DNA of 61,398 nt, the filler included, from Dugesia japonica (taxonomy: Eukaryota), in the NCBI GenBank assembly GCA_001938525.1. It is 6 parts of 6 records of this genome, joined end to end, with 100 filler letters (N's around TTAATTAATTAA, not from the genome) between each part and the next. Parts side by side here need not be neighbours in the genome. Positions count along the whole stretch, not along the records: positions 1 to 11,878 come from MQRL01422867.1; positions 11,979 to 21,292 come from MQRL01527869.1; positions 21,393 to 29,952 come from MQRL01616565.1; 3 more parts are not named here. One strand, written 5' to 3'. Of the stretch, positions 11,280 to 24,439 are shown piece after piece. The notes under the pieces are model-generated. The model did no database searches, was not told the DNA's origin, and worked only from the letters and a program-made list of their open reading frames with translations. Both the position numbers and the translations under genes were made by a program. The stretch's first letter is position 1. The number at the start of each line of letters is the position of its first letter.

Positions 11280-11497
11280 TGACCTTGGCATAACCTCATC
11301 AGAGCATATCGATGACTCATCAAAATCAAGTCACTCGACCTTGACCTTAAAAATTTAGACCAATAAAAATGTTTAAAATCTGGTCCACTGGACCTAAAAA
11401 TTCCGAAAAAACGCGTGTGCGACCAATAAAAACTCTAAAAATCGAAGCCAGTAAAAATTCTCTTTCTGGGGGACGGGGTGGCCCAGTGCGCCACTAT
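11280..11497. mobile_element. Terminus of pPolB-bearing Polinton-like element B
   Basis: About 640 bp downstream of the pPolB stop. Contains TGACTCA, TGACCTT motifs, two CCAAT boxes, a G-rich tract and terminal CCAGTGCGCCACTAT (11483-11497) matching 5326-5340. Confidence 0.6.
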
Positions 11498-11878
11498 CCA
11501 TCTAATGTTATGAAATAATAATTTAAACAAAAATTTCACGAATAAATAATATTTTAAATAAAAAGAAATTATTAATTTGTTGAAAATGTTTACTTCTGAT
11601 AGCTAAAACCAATGTCTACTAAATATGTTTTAAAACAAAATGATAGAAAAGCTTTTAAATGCAAAGCAAGAATTATCCATCTGTTTAATCTTATCCTTAA
11701 ACCACTCGTATCCTAAATGCAGAAACAGATGGACAACTATAGCATCTTTAAACTTATTCTTTTGTAGTTGTCGATGCTTTGGTAAATCCTTACATCCTTT
11801 TATTTGCCATTCACCAAAAGAATTATTGCATAGTGTTTCAAGGCCAATCCAAGAATAAGGTGAAAATACATCTGAATC

Positions 11879-11978
11879 NNNNNNNNNNNNNNNNNNNNNN
11901 NNNNNNNNNNNNNNNNNNNNNNTTAATTAATTAANNNNNNNNNNNNNNNNNNNNNNNNNNNNNNNNNNNNNNNNNNNN
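11879..11978. other. Artificial assembly joint (44 N + TTAATTAATTAA + 44 N)
   Basis: Identical 100-bp structure occurs five times; the 12-mer encodes stops in all six frames. Confidence 0.97.
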
Positions 11979-12289
11979 AATGTCTGACAAAAGAAGAAGA
12001 AAACTTGCAACAAATTTAGAAAAATTGGTTCCGAATATGAAACCAACATATTTGCAAGTTATTAGTAAACATCGATATTATAATCAACGTTCAGCAGGGA
12101 AGACACATTTTGAACACCAAAGGAATTCAATAAATTTTCATACTTCGGGAAATAGAAATCAACGTTAAAAATCAACTGCTTATAAAGATCGAAATAAAAC
12201 ATTTTCACAATTGAGCAAAAATGTGAATTTCCTCATCAAGCCAGTAGACCGAAACGATCAATAAAGATGATTGTAATGAAATTCTACAA

Positions 12290-13150
12290 TCAGTGCGGGG
12301 GTAAAGCACCTTCGCGCGATGAAACTTTGCAACAAGGCGCATGCTTTTGTTGTGTTGAACACAAAAATAGTGGAACATTGTTAGCTCTAAAGTGGAAAGA
12401 CAAAATATGTACTCTTCATTTCATACAATAGTAACCAGTCCATCTGGAAAAGTTGCTCTAAACAATGAACTAATAATGAAACCTGCCTGTATCAATAACT
12501 AAACGAAATATATGAATGCAGTTGATAAATTTGACATGCAGTTGTTCTTCTTTGAATGTATTCGAAAGTCAATCAAATAGTATAAGAAAGTTTTTTTCAT
12601 TTTCTTGATTTATCATTATTCAATTCTTTTGCAATTTATTCAAAAAGTAAGCGTAGTTCACTATCCTTTCATGATTATAAACTCGAAGTCGTAAGATAAA
12701 TCTTTGAAAAGTACAATGCAGTTAGAGATGTTTATGTGTTTTCTAGACCTTTGAATCAGTCATATCCTATAAAAATTAATGCGAGATATTTTGCTGATTA
12801 TACCCATTTGAGAGTGGTCGAACTGTTAGACATCGTTGTATTGTATGTTATGTCAGAGGCATTCAAAAATTAACAACTCTTTGTACAGAATGTGAAAATG
12901 GAATACTATTGTGTTTCCCTGAGTGCTTTTAAATTTATCATACAGTCGTAAACTTTAAAAGAATGCAACAACAAACACGAACGAATAATTATATACCGAA
13001 ATTGTGAAAAGTTAACATTTATATTTGATTTTCTAATGAATTTTATATGTTAACAATATTTAATTTTCCAAAATTCTGTAAAGTTCCGCCATATTTATGA
13101 AATTTTTTTTTGTTCAAAACGTCTTGATGCGCTTGCCGGAAGTGAAATGG
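12290..13150 (+). mobile_element. piggyBac (PGBD4-like) transposase 3' relic with right end
   Basis: LLALKWKDK, KPACI...YMNAVDKFD, RKSIK*YKKVF, LDLSLFNSF, Cys-rich tail CTECE...LCFPECF..YH. Ends ...GAAGTGAAATGG followed by TTAA (13151-13154). Confidence 0.88.
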
Positions 13151-14194
13151 TTAAAAGACTTAAAATCNNNNNNNNNNNNNNNNNNNNNNNNNNNNNNNNN
13201 NNNNNNNNNNNNNNNNNNNNNNNNNNNNNNNNNNNNNNNNNNNNNNNNNNNNNNNTATTCGATCAAGCATATGCATAGGTAATAATTTTTTATTTGAAAT
13301 TAATTTTATTATTTAGTAATTCCAGTCAGTTCTAATTAATCCAACAAATGAAGATTATGTGTATAGAATAAATATATTGTTCAAAAAATCTTTGTTTGGT
13401 TACTTTGTTATTTATTAGTCATTTTAACTACGTACGTACAAAATGCGTACTTGTTCGTTTAAGAATTTTAATATTAACCTGGAAGAATTTTAATGATAAT
13501 GATCAAAGGGGTGATTTCTAATCTTAATGTTCTACAGGGAAAATATATTTATATTCTATTCAATTTTTCATGTTTTATTTTTTGTAAATATTTTCAATTT
13601 TAATAAAGAAAATAGTTTTATAAATTTTGTATTTAAAATTATTTTTTATTTATGATTTTCTATCTTAAATTATTTGTTAATTATAATTTTGCATTTTTAA
13701 TTATATGTTATTTATAATTTATTATTGTAACTTAAATGAAATTCAATTTAATTAAAAATTTAAAAAATTCAAATTTATGCTAAACATAATAAAATAATTT
13801 TAATTTAATTAAACAAAAATAATTAAAGAATTATCCGCGAAAATTAAAACCAAAAATAATTAAACTAAATTTTTTTTGAACTGGGAATTCAAAAAACACG
13901 AGCAACACTTGCACAATTATCTTCAATGCTGAAATTCAATAGCACGCCGATTATGAAATTTTTTCCGAGAATAAAATTCACAAAACATCAAATCCCTATA
14001 TTACATAAGAGGGAGGGGTGGGATGGCTTAATACGCTAATATCTGACTACTGACCGATATATTTTTCTTTGAAAGACTTTAATGTATCTTATTTAATTAT
14101 TATTATTACTAATATTAATTACACTAAATCTTGNAAATATATTACGCAAATTTTTTACCAGAAAATTTTCGATAATTAATATTTAATAAATTAG

Positions 14195-14881
14195 ATGTGG
14201 CATCATCCTAGACTGAGTTGGGATGATTTGAACATGAAATCTGTAAAAGTTATTCGTATTTCTGAAATTAAAGTTTGGTCACCTGACACATACGTACATA
14301 ATAAGTATTTTGTTTTAATTTTAAATTTTCACTTGATCTTTCTTTTAGTGCCGATGATGTAAGGTCTGGATTCTTAACTGGGGTATTTGTGTTAATCCAT
14401 TCTAATGGAGATATTCAATGGCCTGTTAGAACTCAACTTAAAACATTTTGTCCTATGGATATCACAATGTTTCCTTTTGATTTACAAAAATGTTTTATTG
14501 AAATCGGATCATGGGCCCATATAGGTCAGCAACAGATACTTTACAATACAACTTTAGCAAATAATACAAATGAAGAATCTGCTGATTTGTCTAGTTATAC
14601 TGACAGTAGCGATTGGATTCTTATTTCAGCTACAATACAAAGTAGTCGTAATAACGGCATTAGATTGACAATGACGCTTCAAAGACGCAGCTTTTTCTAC
14701 ATATGGATTTTTATTGTTCCATTCATAATGCTTACTATTCTTTCTTTAATGACATTTTGTATGCCATCTACTTCTAATGAAAAATTAAGCCTTAGTCTCT
14801 CAGTCTTTATGGCATTTTCTATGTTCATGATAATGATATCAGAGAAAATTCCACCTGCAACAAAACATGTTCCTCTGATTG
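14195..14881 (+). CDS. Cys-loop ligand-gated ion channel (nAChR-like, non-alpha) subunit; two internal exons 14195-14304 and 14349-14881
   Basis: 110-nt exon MWHHPRLSWDD...KVWSPDTYVHN, then a 44-nt GT-AG intron, then in-frame NADD...CPMDITMFPFDLQKC (Cys-loop), GSW, TM1 RRSFFYIWIFIVP, TM2 NEKLSLSLSVFMAFSMFM, and VPLIG followed by a GT donor. The 5' exons and TM3-4 were not found. Confidence 0.93.
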
Positions 14882-15309
14882 GTAATCATTTATAATTTCT
14901 ATTAGAAATTTTATATTTTAATACGTTTTCTCCTTTAATAATCCTATGTAACTTATATTTTATCCAGAAATATCATTGTTTTCTAAAGGTGAGTTTAAAA
15001 ATAGAAAAGAGCTTTTATATAATAGCTACATCATAGCTTAGATGTTAAAATGTTTACATAGTGGAATACCAAATTCTATGCAATAATATAAAATAGCTGT
15101 TTATTCAATTTGAGCACTTATTTAACGCTTTTATTTAACTTTAATCAAAATAGATTATTTTCGTTTTAAAATAATCTAATTATTTTCATATTTCTGAGTT
15201 ACTTTAGATTATAAACCATTTACTTTGCAAAATATTAAAGTTAAATCTGTTCAGTTATTCAAAATATCAACAAAAATTAGTAAAATTCTATAATGTCAAT
15301 AATTTAAAT

Positions 15310-15431
15310 CAGGGTCTTCAAACCTTTCAGACAGGTGGCCGTATTAACTATCAATCAACAGTTTGCGAGCCAACTACACACATTTTCCGTAGATAAAAAG
15401 GTATTCGTGTGCCGTCGTTTGGAAACCCCTG
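15310..15431. mobile_element. hAT-type MITE (122 bp)
   Basis: TIRs CAGGGTCTTCAAAC and GTTTGGAAACCCCTG; 8-bp TSD ATTTAAAT / ATTTAGAT (7/8). Confidence 0.8.
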
Positions 15432-15654
15432 ATTTAGATTACTAAACCATTATCAAATTGTATTTGTATTTGGAAACATTTGAAATTTAAATAATAAATC
15501 ATCAAATTTACTGAAAACTATAGTTCAAAATCTCCGTTCATTAAAAAGGCAGATGGATATACGTTGGGGTGGGACGTCTAGTGGGTGAGTCCCGGTTAGA
15601 CTTGGAAGAAATCTGACAACCCTAAATATATTAGATTTTTTTAATGGATTAAAT

Positions 15655-15700
15655 ATTGTATTTGAAGATGACAGACGGTCTGTCGATACATGTTATAGAA
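15655..15700 (+). ncRNA. Degenerate type I hammerhead ribozyme motif (Penelope pLTR/retrozyme-like)
   Basis: tTGAAGA-T-GACAGA-cgg-TCTGTC-GAtA-CATGT-TA. Each core box has one mismatch to CUGANGA / GAAA; perfect stem II; short palindromic stem III. Confidence 0.55.
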
Positions 15701-16880
15701 AATTATATATTGAAATAGCGTTGAAGAGTTTAAATTAATAAAAGCTTCTTAGATTTAACTTTGGGTTTTTGTTTTCAAAATATGGGTTTTCAATTTCATA
15801 AAATTTCATTTTTAAATTGTAAAATGAGTTTGGAGTACTCATCGCATCATCAATATCAAAATTAAACTCCATAGGAAAATTTATTCAAAAAACAAAACTA
15901 TAATCAACACTATTTGTTTATTCAAACAAATTAAAATCCATGTTTTAATTAGTGATCGCTATTCAAGTTTTTTAGAATATTTATTTAAGGTTATTTAAAT
16001 TTTTCTTTCAAACTTAAAACAAAATTTTTACTTCATTATTTTAAAAGGTACTTTAAAATTTAACAAAATACACATTCGTTATTTAAATTTTTCATCTACA
16101 ATTAAAATTTTTTTAAATGAAAGATTTTAAGAGAAAACAATCACCAACCACAGAAAAATTTCAACTCGCTTTTCAAAACATACTCACATAAATCTTCAAA
16201 ACATTTTGAATTTTTAATTTATCCATCTAATATGCAATATAATTACTTAAATCTTTGTTTGAATAATATAGACTGAATATTCTCAGATTTTTCATTTTTA
16301 ATGATGATGCAATGGATTCATCAAAATATATTATAATAATGTTATATTTTAAATGGTATTATTTATTTTTTAAATAATTAATTATTATAATAACACCATA
16401 AACTGATACACTAGATAAAAACTATTGAATGTAAACATGCTAAAATGTCATATGACATGAAAAATGAAAAATAATCATTCTCACCAGAAAAAATTTAAAT
16501 TAGGTCATTTCATGTGAAAGTATTTAAAGTTAAAAGCCGATTTGAAATACATCACAAAGTATTCTAATAAGATATACAGAATTTCTAACAAACTTCTATT
16601 TCAATTGAATAAATTTCGAATTCAATTTAATATTTATTGTCATTAATCTTTTTTTAAATAAATATTAAATTGAACTAGAAACCCTAAATATCATGGGAAT
16701 CATAGGACATAATTTGTACAATCTCCACACATAACTCAAAATTCAGAGAATCATAGATTTTCGTCTAATTTGCCCATTTTCAAAATGCTATAATTTGGTT
16801 CTTTGTCTGGTTTTTGCAATACTTTTGCTGTCTTTCTGAATTAAAATTTTCATAGACGAATTCATTTATTTTCTTATATC

Positions 16881-19000
16881 CAGTGAACCCCAGTTATATC
16901 GAAGTTGGTTATAAAAAAATACAGTAATAACGAAGGATTTTTTGTACGGAGAAAAAAATTAGATAAGCCCTGAAGGAAACTTCGGCTATAACGAAACCGT
17001 TTATAGAGAAATACGGTTATAGTGAAATAATTTTTTGTCTAGTATTTATATTTTCTAAGCATATAACAAAGTATTGTGTGACTTCAGATTTATTGAATTT
17101 TTTTTAATTTAAAATAAAATAACTTTTATGAGTATTTTATCTATTTTTTTAAGAGCAAAAGTAATCCCTGAAAATTTTAAAATAAATTATATTATGATAA
17201 TATATAATAATAATGTTTTATAAATCAGTCAAATTTGTTTTATTTCATCTCACATTGTACTTTTTATTACTGTAAGATAGTTTGTAAAAGCAGATTTGAA
17301 TTTTTTGTATTTTAAGGTGGAATTTATTGAAATCAGATTTGTTAAATATTTAAATTTGTATCATAAAAATTTTTAAAATAAATAAATTATCATTATTTAT
17401 AGAAATAAATAAATGTGTATTAAAATTTTTGTAATTTAGTTATAATATGTAAAATTATCAAATTTCTAATTGTCAATAAAATATATTCTTTTTCACTGTA
17501 TTTGTAAAATTTTGCATTATTGAAATTTTGGATAAAATAAAATAAAACATAAAGAATTTTAAGTAAAATAAAGTATAAAATATGGTGAATAAAAAAATTT
17601 TTTTAACTGTATTTTTAGAAATTTTACATTATTGAAATTTTAAATAAAATAAAATTTTAAATAAAATAAAGTATAAAATATTTATAATGAAATGTGTTTT
17701 TTACTGTATTTTTTAATTTTCCATTAATAAGATATTAAAATAAAATATTCTACAAAATGCTGATATTTGATATTTTCCGTTTTGAATTTGAATTTTTAAA
17801 TTTGTTTGAAAAAANNNNNNNNNNNNNNNNNNNNNNNNNNNNNNNNNNNNNNNNNNNNNNNNNNNNNNNNNNNNNNNNNNNNNNNNNNNNNNNNNNNNNN
17901 NNNNNNNNNNNNNNNNNNNNNNNNNNNTTTAATCATATTTGCTTCTTTTTGTCTAAATCAGAAATTGTTTCATTTATTTCTCAACTTCCATCAAAAATAA
18001 TATTTTTTATATCTACAGAAATAGGATTATATAGGATTGTATAATAAAATATATCGACGAACTTCTCTCTTTCTTTCAGTTAAGCTCCAAATACCAACTG
18101 AGATTGAGATAGAAAAAATGGCAAATTTTGCCTCAAAATACAACATACTACAACTCCGCAAAAATCCACAAACAAACACTAAACATTGGTGAAAAGGACA
18201 GGAAATTTGAGCGCCTAGCATCTTATATTGATGTTGATAAATCACTATTACAGTGGTTTATGTAGGCTAGAAATGCAGTTATTCCTATAAATGACCCTTT
18301 ACTTTTGGAGAAAGACAAAGCGTTCACTTATGAAGTTGGAATAGAAAATTCATCNNNNNNNNNNNNNNNNNNNNNNNNNNNNNNNNNNNNNNNNNNNNNN
18401 NNNNNNNNNNNNNNNNNNNNNNNNNNNNNNNNNNNNNNNNNNNNNNNNNNNNNNNNNNNNTAATACCAAATTTTTCAGTAATTACGAATATAAAGACATA
18501 TACAATGCCGATGAAACTGGTCTCTTCAGGCGTCAAATACCAGATGAAACATTTCGCGTGAAGGAGGAGAAATGTGAAATGGGAAAGACAAGTAAAGAAC
18601 GTATAACAATTTTTTTGTGTTTAAAAATTGACGGTTACGAAAAAATGAATTCATTAGTTATTGAGAAAGCGAAACAGTAGTCAAGGTTCCACAAGAAAAA
18701 GAAGTACTGGAATGCAATCAAACTATGCGATTGTTTCTGCAAAGTCAAGATGAATTCACAAATCTTCATCGATAGCTTTCTGATTTGGATAAGATGTAAG
18801 ATAACATTCAATTGGTTCTAAATTCTAAATCACAAAAGAAAATAAGCAACCATATTCTCACAAATATTAAACATAAAAATATTGTTTAATTAATTGAATC
18901 ATTCAACAAAATGTAATTTGAATCGATTTTTGTTAACCTGAGATATAGCAAAGTTAATTTCGTGGATAATACGACTTTGCAATAACCGAAGTTCATTATT
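16881..19000 (+). mobile_element. Tigger/pogo DNA transposon relic
   Basis: Left end CAGTGAACCCCAGTTATATCGAA with repeated ATAACGAA motifs; CENP-B-like DVDKSLLQWF..AR...PI; YKDIYNADETGLF...KTSKERITIFLC; degenerate right end near 19000. Confidence 0.85.
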
Positions 19001-19662
19001 TACTATAATTTTATAATTAATTTTTCGAAAAATGTATTTCATAATTATTTTTATTTGGCTCGTATTCCAAGTTCAGTTTTAAATAGGATTAATGAAATAT
19101 ACTTTTCCACTGTTTTTGCAGTTTTGTTGATTTCCTTCCTAAGTTTTCCTTTTGGTTATTAATTTATGGTGATTCAACAATTTTATTCGTTTTATTCACT
19201 CTTCACCCGGTACTTTCTTAGTCATGGTTTGTATTCTTCTTTTTCTCTAGCAGATCACTGTTTCTAGGTTTTAATTTGAATTTCTTAAATGTTCTTTCGA
19301 TTTTCTGTTGCATTTTAATTTTGATAATTTGCCTCATGATCTCTGTACTCTATGTGTGTTGTAATTATTTTATTTGAAAACTATTACTAATTTTCTGTTT
19401 TAATAATATTTTATAACATTTATGTACTAATTATTTTTTTTCTTACTTTATTATGATAATTATGACATTTTATTTAGTATAAGATTTTGTGCTCTCTGAT
19501 TTTTTGTCTTTTTCATTAATATTTTATATTTCTATTTAAAATTAATAATTTCTTGTGCACTTCGTTTTGTTTTATTTTCATTTCTACACTTTCAATGTCG
19601 TTTAAGTAAAGTTCACATTATTTTAGTAAGTTAAGTTAGTTTAGTTATTTAAGCCATCTGGC

Positions 19663-21060
19663 CTAAAGTTACCATATTTCCCGATTCTCATGGAACATTC
19701 CCATATTGGAACAGCTTGTCCCGTGTGCTGAAAAATCTTAAAAATTGCACGATTTTTTAAAAATGTTCCAATTTAGTCACGACTTTACACATTTTTAAAA
19801 ATTAAATATATATAAAACATACGTAAATAAGAAATTAATTTTGAATATTTTTCGTAAATATAACGAACAATTTTAAAATTTAAATTATAGTTGTTTAGTT
19901 AACTATAGTAAAGTAGGAACTTAGCAAAGGCTTAGAAACCATAGTAAAGCACAACCAATAAGAATAATTATATATAAATTTAACGAATAATTTTAAAATC
20001 TAAATTATGGTTGATTAGTAACCTATAGTAAATCAGTTCAGTATAGCAAGTATTTCTTTGTATTGATCACATTATTTTATTAGTTTTGGAATTTGGTTAC
20101 GTAAAAAAGTTGTAGTTAATTTTATTTAAANTAAATTTACAGTTTNTTAAGTGTAATATTGTTTTTGCAGTTTTTAAGACAACTTGAAACTATTAAAGCT
20201 GACGATACAGATAAAATTCCAAATGATCATCTCAAAGCCATATTTATTTATCGCCAAAAGAAGAATATAAAAATAAAAACCGGGTTTGCAATTTCAATCC
20301 AAATTTAGCCAAGGAATTCCCATATATAAAAAGGACGAAAACGGAACATANNNNNNNNNNNNNNNNNNNNNNNNNNNNNNNNNNNATAGCATGCGGTGGG
20401 AAAAGGATATAACAAAACATCTTGTAATAGAAAAACATAAAATATATTTGCAAGTTTTCCTCAAATATTAGCTTGTTTATTCGCAAATCTAGTTTTGGCA
20501 TCGATGAGAATTAGTTGGCATTAGCCAAAGGACTATCTGCTTTTCACGTGATTAACCATAATCAAAGTTTTTGGTTAATTCAAAAATTAATTAATAAAAA
20601 TTTGNCATGTNCGAGGACTAAAACGGAAGCAATTATTCGTAATGCTTTCTCCCCATGTGCATTTTCAAAGTTAGAAAAAGAACCTAATAATTACCAATTT
20701 CTATAAATTTATTCGGATGCTTCTAATCATAACGACCTAAAACTTTTTCCAACTCTTGAAGGATTTTTTAAGCCGAAAGAAGGCATCCAAATTAAAATTG
20801 TAGAATTTGACTCTCTTATTAATATTTTAAATTTGTTTCAATTATTAATATTTTAGAAGAATATGATTTAAAAAACAAAATTATTGCTTTTTGTGTAGAT
20901 AACACAAATGCAAATTTTGGTGAAAAGGCTAGAATATTTTTACCAAATTAAATCAACATTTAATAAGAAAATTAGTTGGTGTGGACTCTGCGACTGAGAA
21001 TATGTTACCAGTTGATGTTGAGACTATTATGTTAAAATTTTATTCATACTTATATGTATA
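19663..21060 (+). mobile_element. hAT (Blackjack-like) transposon relic
   Basis: Left end TAAAGTTACCATATTTCCCG...TCCC (TAGGGTGACCAT-like). Transposase fragments GKKDITKHL..EKH, AFHVINHNQSF, C.RTKTEAII, SDASNH..LKLFP and IAFCVDNTNANFG. Confidence 0.75.
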
Positions 21061-21292
21061 TATATACAGGCATACCTCGTTTAGCGCTCATAATGCCTTC
21101 CTGAAAATTGAGCATTAACAGAAACAGTGTAAAAAGGTGTTATTTACATTAAAATATGGGGTAAAGTTCCCAATCAATTTTTTTTGGTATTTTGAAGGGA
21201 AAAATAAAAAAGATGGTATTTTAATTTTAAAATAAAATTTTTGTTTCATTTTTTCTTCATTTAAAAATTAGAAAATAAAGTAGGATTCAATA

Positions 21293-21392
21293 NNNNNNNN
21301 NNNNNNNNNNNNNNNNNNNNNNNNNNNNNNNNNNNNTTAATTAATTAANNNNNNNNNNNNNNNNNNNNNNNNNNNNNNNNNNNNNNNNNNNN
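21293..21392. other. Artificial assembly joint
   Basis: 44 N + TTAATTAATTAA (21337-21348) + 44 N. Confidence 0.97.
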
Positions 21393-23502
21393 TATTATTT
21401 CATGTTTTACAATATTAGTTTTTCCAATATTCCATTTATGTTTCATTATAATGCTTTCATATTTTTTTAAAATCGTCAATATCATTTATCTTTAATATTT
21501 TCCATTTCTAATGTTTTGGGTTTAAATTTAATTACATTACCAGATTCTTCATTAATGGTGAGTTTTATATTAAATTTATTCAATAGATGTATTCCACAAA
21601 TAACAGGTGGTGATATTTCTTTAAAAACAAATATTCTCCATTTTTTTATTAAGCTTTTTAAATATACTTTTCCTACAATTTTTAAAGAACTATTATTCGN
21701 NNNNNNNNNNNNNNNNNNNNAATCAATTATTGAAACATTTCCTATTCTTTTTAATAATTCATATTTAATAACACTAATTTTAACCCCAGTATTCTTGAAT
21801 TCTTTCATTTCATCTTGTATTTAGCAGACTTTTAAGAGACAATGGTATGTGTTTTTACAGTACTTCCCAACGTGCAGGATTGTAAGATATTAATGAGTAG
21901 AAACTACCTACGTTTCCGAAAAATGTAATGACATTTTTTCTTCACCAATATGCGAGATTTCACACCATTTATTTTGCCACGCATATTTGAACCATTATCG
22001 TAGCTTTATGGACGGCAATCTTGTAGAGGTATATTGTTTTCTCCAAAAGCTAAAAGTATTTCGTCTGTTAGTATTTTGCCAAATTTTCCAGTGAAATTTT
22101 ATGAAACACTAGTTTACTTCAATTTTGTTTGTGCCTTGATTTTTTGAAACATATCTCAGAATTAAGACTTTTCTTCGTTATGAGAAATATCCGGTGTTTT
22201 ATCCGTTTAAAATCGCATCGCATTTGTGGTCTGAAATAATTTGGAGAACTTTATCGGTCAAAAGACGAAGAAAATTATTTTGAGAATTCCATGATAAAAT
22301 TATGCTTTTCCTTTCATATTTTCAGTTTCTATCTGTTTTGTTAATTTGGCGAGATGTAGTCTTGTTACTTTATCGTATTTTCCAGTTAATTNNNNNNNNN
22401 NNNNNNNNNNNNNNNNNNNNNNNNNNNNNNNNNNNNNNNNNNNNNNNNNNNNNNNNNNNNNNNNNNNNNNNNNNNNNNNNNNNNNNNNNNNNNNNNNNNN
22501 NNNNNNNNNNNNNNNNNNNNNNNNNNNNACATTGAATTTGTAATTGTAATTGTTCATCAATATCATGTCATTTTATCGACTGCAAAAGAAATATCCAAGT
22601 CAAATATAGTTTTCTATGTTCCGCCATATTTTCGTGAAAATGCAAAATATCTTACAACCTCTTCCATGGTGTGTTTTAGGTAAAATTCTTTTTGTAGCTA
22701 AATTACTTAAATTTTTGTTATTTCGATTGATGGAAGACAATAAATAGCTCTTTTTGATGTACTCCATACTAACCATTCTTGTTCTCTCGTTCTTTATCAT
22801 TCGTTTTATTATAAAGCAAAGACTTCTGAAACTCTCTCCTATTGAGATCTTTTGTTAAGTTCTTTAAAATTTTTGAAAACTCATTGTTTGTACTATTGCT
22901 TGTAGCAATTTAATTGAGATTATTTTCTGACAAGTTCCAGGGTCGTCATTTTTATCTTACAATTTTCAGTTAATTCTACAACTAATTNNNNNNNNNNNNN
23001 NNNNNNNNNNNNNNNNNNNNNNNNNNNNNNNNNNNNNNNNNNNNNNNNNNNNNNNNNNNNNNNNNNNNNNNNNNNNNNATTTTCATTTTCTATATTTAGT
23101 GGTAGATCTTGTTTAAACATCTGGCACTTATTTTTTGATTGAATTTCAATGCAGCAATTATCGTCATTGTCACTGTTATTTAGATCAGTAGAGTGAGATA
23201 TGTTCTTTCTTTTTCAGATCTGAAAAATTTCGTTATGAATTGACGACTTTTAGACGCTTTTAACTACTTTTTGCATTTCATTTTTTTCTTTAGCAGGGGA
23301 TTTATGTTTGTAGTTCGAATCAGGCATGATATATAATATTAAGCAAATTTGTTACAAATTATATTGAGTACATACATTAATATAAGAGTCGTTTCGAGTT
23401 ATCTCTAATCCAAAATGCATATTTATATTTTATAGAATTACTTTTAAAATATGTGATATATATTTTCGGCCCACTCGCTAGGGCCCCGTCCAGACCTCAA
23501 CA
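21393..23502 (-). mobile_element. LTR retrotransposon 5' relic (short LTR, gag, aspartic protease)
   Basis: Candidate LTR of about 141 bp, TGTTGAG...CTCAATA (23502-23362). Decayed gag-like frame from 23328 including IGESFRSLCF. Protease-like SLKIVGKVYL...VFKEISPPVICGIHLL in ORF 21482-21808. Confidence 0.6.
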
Positions 23503-24439
23503 TGTGAACCATGATTAAATTAATAAAATTGATTCTAATTTGATTAAATAGTTTAAATCTGATTTCATTCTTTTTAAAAAATGTTATATTTCAGTTTTTA
23601 AAATAACTAATTAATTAACTAACAATACATTAACAAAACTAAATGCTATTTGTTACTTTTTATTATCTTTCAATTTTGATTTTGATTTTAAAATGTAAAT
23701 TTAATAAAACAAGTTTTAATTATTATTAAAATAATAATAATTTATAATTTATATAAGAAAGTCATTGTTTGTTCCTCTAAGATGAATTCATGTATTGATT
23801 CAATATTATCATAATCTCTGGAAAACTTATCAATTTTTCTGATTATTGAGAGAGAAAAATACATGACTAGTAAAATGTAATTTTCATCTCTATGGAAATA
23901 GTAGATAATAAGAAAATGTTACATCAAAAATATTACTATCATAAACATTTAATGTTACTTTATGAAACTGCTGTTATTTTCTCAACATTTCTCGTTTGAT
24001 ATTTTTATTTTACTTCAATTTTTAATAATTTTTCATTTTATTTTAGTTAATTTGAAGAGACTTTGGTCTTATTAATTGAAATAAAAATACTTTAATTTTT
24101 ATTTTAATTAATTTATTTTTAGCTAGTTCTTTTTGAATCAATAATATTTGTTTTTTTCTTTTTAATTGAACTCATGTTATTTAATATTCTCTTTTCATTA
24201 AACATCCATTAACAAAACAAGGTTTTAATATTAAAAGATTTCATTTGAATAAAGATATACTATAATATCACTGAACTTCCCGTCTCAATTTCATTCGGAA
24301 TCTCATACTCGATATTGAAAATTTTTGTCATTTATTATCATTTTGAAAATTTTTTTCTAATCAGCGAGCAATTTGCAAGATGTGACAATAAAGTTCTCAG
24401 AATTTAGTAATAAAAATCTAAGACGTAAGATAACAACAT

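Noticed and set aside
16288-16354. Candidate next exon (TM3) of the Cys-loop gene
   Set aside because: Splicing from the 14881 donor gives DFSFLMMMQWIHQNIL*, with an early stop and no TM3 pattern.
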